From assembly GCA_964016885.1 (NCBI GenBank), contig OZ024752.1:5146001-5210000 (forward strand): a stretch of 64,000 nucleotides of DNA. Direction: 5' to 3'. The position numbers and the translations under genes were made by a program. Positions 59,907-64,000 of this stretch are shown here, piece after piece (position 1 is the first letter of the stretch; each line of letters opens with the position of its first letter). This stretch comes from Eledone cirrhosa (lineage: Eukaryota). The notes below the pieces were generated by a model. That model did not search any database. It was given only the letters and a program-made list of their open reading frames with translations, and was not told the origin of the DNA.

Positions 59907-61595
59907 CACACATTGTATATAGATGTGAGTGTATGTGTGTGTACACGTATACTTTCATACGTATATTGAGTACTCTTCCTCATGTTTGTACTGCCAAATG
60001 TAAAAACACACTCACATACACACACATACATGCATACATAAAACAACCTGAACAGATTGTGTTTAGTATTGTATTATATAGCTATACCAATCTCCCTAGT
60101 GTATACATTAATGTTTTTTACTATGTATTTACATTGTTAAAGATAGACATATATAATTCCCAGAAGTCTAGAAAGAATCATAAGAGTCAATGTTTCTCCC
60201 TGGTTTCAAGATGCTAAACAGATAACTGATAAATCTCACCTGTAGGTAGCATGCTGGCATATAGCAGACGACACTTCTGATGAACTATTCAACAGTAACT
60301 CTTAACTTTCTGTTCCACATGAAACCACATCAGTAAGACATTCTTGCAAAGTACAAACAGTACTATTACTGCATCACATTAAAAATTATAGTCTTGAATA
60401 TAATACTGAAAATGTTTACAATGATCTGTCCATTAATAAAGATCCTATAAACATTTGAATTAACAAACCCATTTTTAGATATTTTCTGCTAAATCATTAC
60501 AAGATGTTAAGAACCAAACTGTTTAGTTATTGTATTCAATACCTTCCCATATATATATTCAATACCTTCTCCAAACTGTTTATTGTATTATTGTATTCAA
60601 TATTTCCTTCAAGTTTCAAGCAAGTCTTTATGCCACCAGTAAGTAAATTCTCTACAAATTCCTACAAAATATTTAATGTTGGCTTTTAAAGTCCTGAGAT
60701 CTATGGAGCAACCATTCTATGTGGTATCTCTCATTCACAGTGGATAACAGAATCAGTGGAGCATTGAAAAAATATCTTGTTTTATGTTCTGAGTCAAAAT
60801 CTCATTCTAAGCAACTTTGTGTTTTTAATCTTGTGAGTTTCATAAAATAAGTAACAGTTAAGTGCTGGAGTCAATATAATAGATTAAAACCTTGGAGGAA
60901 GTAATTCAGTATAACCACAGTCCAATTTGTAAAAAGAAAATCCTGTTTTTTATCCTAGGTAAAAAGCACCCAAGACAACATAATTCAAAATACCTTACGC
61001 CTGTATGTCTCCTTTTTAAAAACAGTAGAGTGTATTTGAAACAAATTTGGTAATTATTTCTAGCAGTTTCAGCAACTACATAAAGGCTACTTTGCTTACT
61101 TAATTCTTTTTTTTTTTTGTACTTTATTATAATCTAAATGGGATTTTGTAGATTTCCAAGATGTCGTGGGTGGGAGCGTAGGGAGATAAAGTTGATAAAA
61201 ATACAGATATAGATTTGAGTCATATTTGTTTCCTTCAAGCAGAGAATTAATAGAAATGTTAGGTTGAATGTTGGATTAAATGCCTTGTGGTATTTGCTCT
61301 GGTTCTCTGCACTCAGAAATCTAATCTTACCAAGATCAATTTTACTAATCAGGCAGTCAAAGATGTTAAGTCATTTGGTTAGATACTTGTATGTTATAAT
61401 TCTGCTAAATTAGAACTGATCTGAAACTACACAACAGTCACATCATACTATCACCTATTATGTGTGCTGTCTGCTTATAGGCTAGCGAAGTGAACCAATA
61501 TATTTAGTTGTTTGATCTTAGTGTGGTTAGTCTTCTTCACTATATAAAGTTAGTTATTGACTTTCTTTTTATTTGGGTTTATTTGCTTCACTTAA

Positions 61596-61793
61596 CCCTT
61601 TAGCATTTAAACTGACCGTATCTGGCCAGAATTCTCTCACCTCTTTCTGTTTTAACCAGCCACTGATACTGATGTTAAGGTATTGTTCTCAAAATAAATA
61701 ATATCAAAATCTCGTTGATTCGATATTATGTGAGGTAAAGCCTTTACTGTGAAAATATAATAGTAAATATAGAGTAATGTAAATGCTAAAGGG
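61596..61793. mobile_element. piggyBac-type MITE
   Basis: TTAA-CCCTTTAGCATTTA ... TAAATGCTAAAGGG-TTAA perfect TIRs. Confidence 0.85.
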
Positions 61794-64000
61794 TTAAACC
61801 CAAAATATTTACTTCTATTTATTTCATTGACGCCAGCTTAGGTGAGAGATAAAGTCTGTATTATTTGGATTTGATCCAGGACCCTACAGGTTACCAAATT
61901 GTTTCAAAAAGAACAACCAAAGTATAGCAATTACTCTATCAAAACTGCTAACAAACAAACTTTTATGTTTCACTATTACTCCTTTTGTGACCACATTTCT
62001 AACAAGAATATACGGCCTTTATGTTTTAATTATCAAAATAGTCAACAGTCATCAGAGGTTTAGTGAAATAACTAACTTTCAATTTAATAATATAAGACAA
62101 ATATTTAACTACTGAGATCTAATGTCATCTAACATGTCATGATGCGAATTCGGTCTAAGGTTTGAATTGAAATTCAAACATTTTAATTGATGTGGTTTGT
62201 GTTGAAAGGGTTAAATTATATAATAACAATGTGATATTTCTTTGATCAAGGGTGAACCATTTTAATGGGAAGTTTACTTTGTAATATAAAATTTGAATTT
62301 GTGACAACAGAAAAAGCCTTAACTTTATAAAATGAAACCAGTAAAATGAATATCTTTTGCTACTCTTCCCCTCCTAACATCTCTACTATTTACACTATAA
62401 TACCTGAAGTAACTATTCAATCATAGACCTCCGATTAATTAATTCTTTATAGTTTTATTTTTCTATTTAAGCAAACAAGAGATGTAACTTCTCAATAGAT
62501 TTCTTTCTATCTTTAAGGTTTCTATCTGTGTGAGGTTAAAAAGCTCACTTCGCAGTCGCATGGTTCAAGGTCCTATCCTTTTGGGCAAATGCCTTCTGTT
62601 ATAGCTTCAGGTTGCCCAATATGTTGAGAATGGAATTTGGTGAACACAATCTATGCAGATGCCCACCATATATATTTGTGTGTGTTTGTTTCTTACCACC
62701 AATACCTTACAGTGTTAATGTCTGGAGAAAAGAGCTAATTCTCTAAAAGAACCTAAATTAGGTGAACATAACTTTTTGATATATAGTGGTAATTAAAATT
62801 TTTATTTGGATAAATACTGAGTTTGATATAATTGACTAAAACCATTGAAGGCATTGCTCTAACATGGCCACAATCCAATGTTTGAAACATTAAAAAAAAT
62901 TAATTAAAACAATATGCTTATCAAATAATTTATGCTTTTTTTCCCCTTAATTCTACCAAATGTTTATGCTTGTCTTGCATCTGCAGAAACTTCAGAATAT
63001 ATCTATTGAAGAATCCAAGTAGTCTTAAACTATATATTCCTGTTTTTTCTTTGTGTGAAAATCTTTTGCTCAACTGGATTTGTCGCGTGATCTTGGCAGT
63101 TCCTTTTGCCATTATTTCACCTCAACTGATTATTGGGAAAAAAACTTTGAAACGTTTTTACACCTTTGATGATTGGCAGAGTTTAAAGACCAACTATTCT
63201 AATGTAGATTTGTAGAAAACACTCTCTTTAATCAAAATATGTTGTGCACGAAAGAAGAACCTTCAGCATATTTGCCAGCCTGTCATCCATAATTTTCAGT
63301 TCAGCTCAAGCTGACATGTTTTAAATGTTGTAGTAACATGTCAATGGAAACTAAAAGTGAAGGGTTGGGTTTAGATAGAGGAAAAAATAAAATAAAGGAG
63401 GATTAAAGAGTTGGGTATGGAAGTAGTATAAAAGATGTGCTGAATGAGGAGGAAATATTTTGTAAGAGAACAGTGACATATTCCACAACAACCATCAAAG
63501 AAACACTTAAATATCTTCTTTTTTTTTTCTGTTATCACCACTGGTAATTTACTTTTGCATAAGACAGCCATTCACAATAAATAAAACAGCAAACTGAAAT
63601 ATGTTGAAGATTGCCGCAGCAGTAATGTTACCATTTAAACTTTACTGTAAGTAGCCACTTGATCAAAGTATAGATTCTGTCTTTCTTAAGTCAAAGAAGG
63701 AATTTATCTAAATGGCCATTTAACCTGCTAGAAATAAGAACCACACCTTTAATTTAGTTTTACAATTGAAATGGAGTCTAGCGGTCAACATAATCTGTAA
63801 TGTAGTACTTTTAAATATTTTTCCTGTCTGTAAATCCATTTAGAATTAAGTACTTCATTAGAATTAAGAACTTTGTTACAAAAAAGAAACTATTCAATGC
63901 CTTTGGTTGGTTGTTTGTTTTTCCAGTATCTCCCAGGGTGGCTAAATACGTATGTCTTCCGGAAATCACCTTTTCCCTCCCACCGACCCCCACTCACCAC

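Noticed and set aside
62930-63215. Short ORFs on both strands as a separate gene
   Set aside because: No recognisable domain or supported exon structure.

Overview
AT-rich, repeat-dense animal genomic DNA. The (AT)n seas, RTE LINEs with (GAT)n tails and tRNA-SINE types suggest a coleoid cephalopod such as Octopus (inference). The only host gene I can support is a + strand Roundabout (Robo) receptor: three phase-compatible cytoplasmic-domain exons (18391-18577, 23636-24329, 26016-26218/26289), including the CC2 motif NWAELLPPPPEHPPP. The rest is mostly intronic or intergenic repeat: a near full-length RTE LINE (47817-51335) with a PHD-type finger inside its RT C-terminal region, many RTE and CR1 fragments, SINEs, piggyBac/hAT/Tc1-mariner MITEs, a 4.2 kb 35/37-bp satellite and a 42-bp minisatellite. 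The main unexplained signal is a set of short non-coding inserts sitting inside (AT)n tracts. Many are perfect or near-perfect fold-back palindromes, and five copies from four unrelated families carry complete type I hammerhead ribozyme motifs (CUGANGA-stem II-GAAA-stem III-UH), with a sixth copy carrying one stem III mismatch. These look like Penelope-like pseudo-LTR or retrozyme-type elements that target microsatellites. Most long ORFs in the supplied track are (AT)n artefacts. Coordinates were counted by eye and may be off by a few bases.
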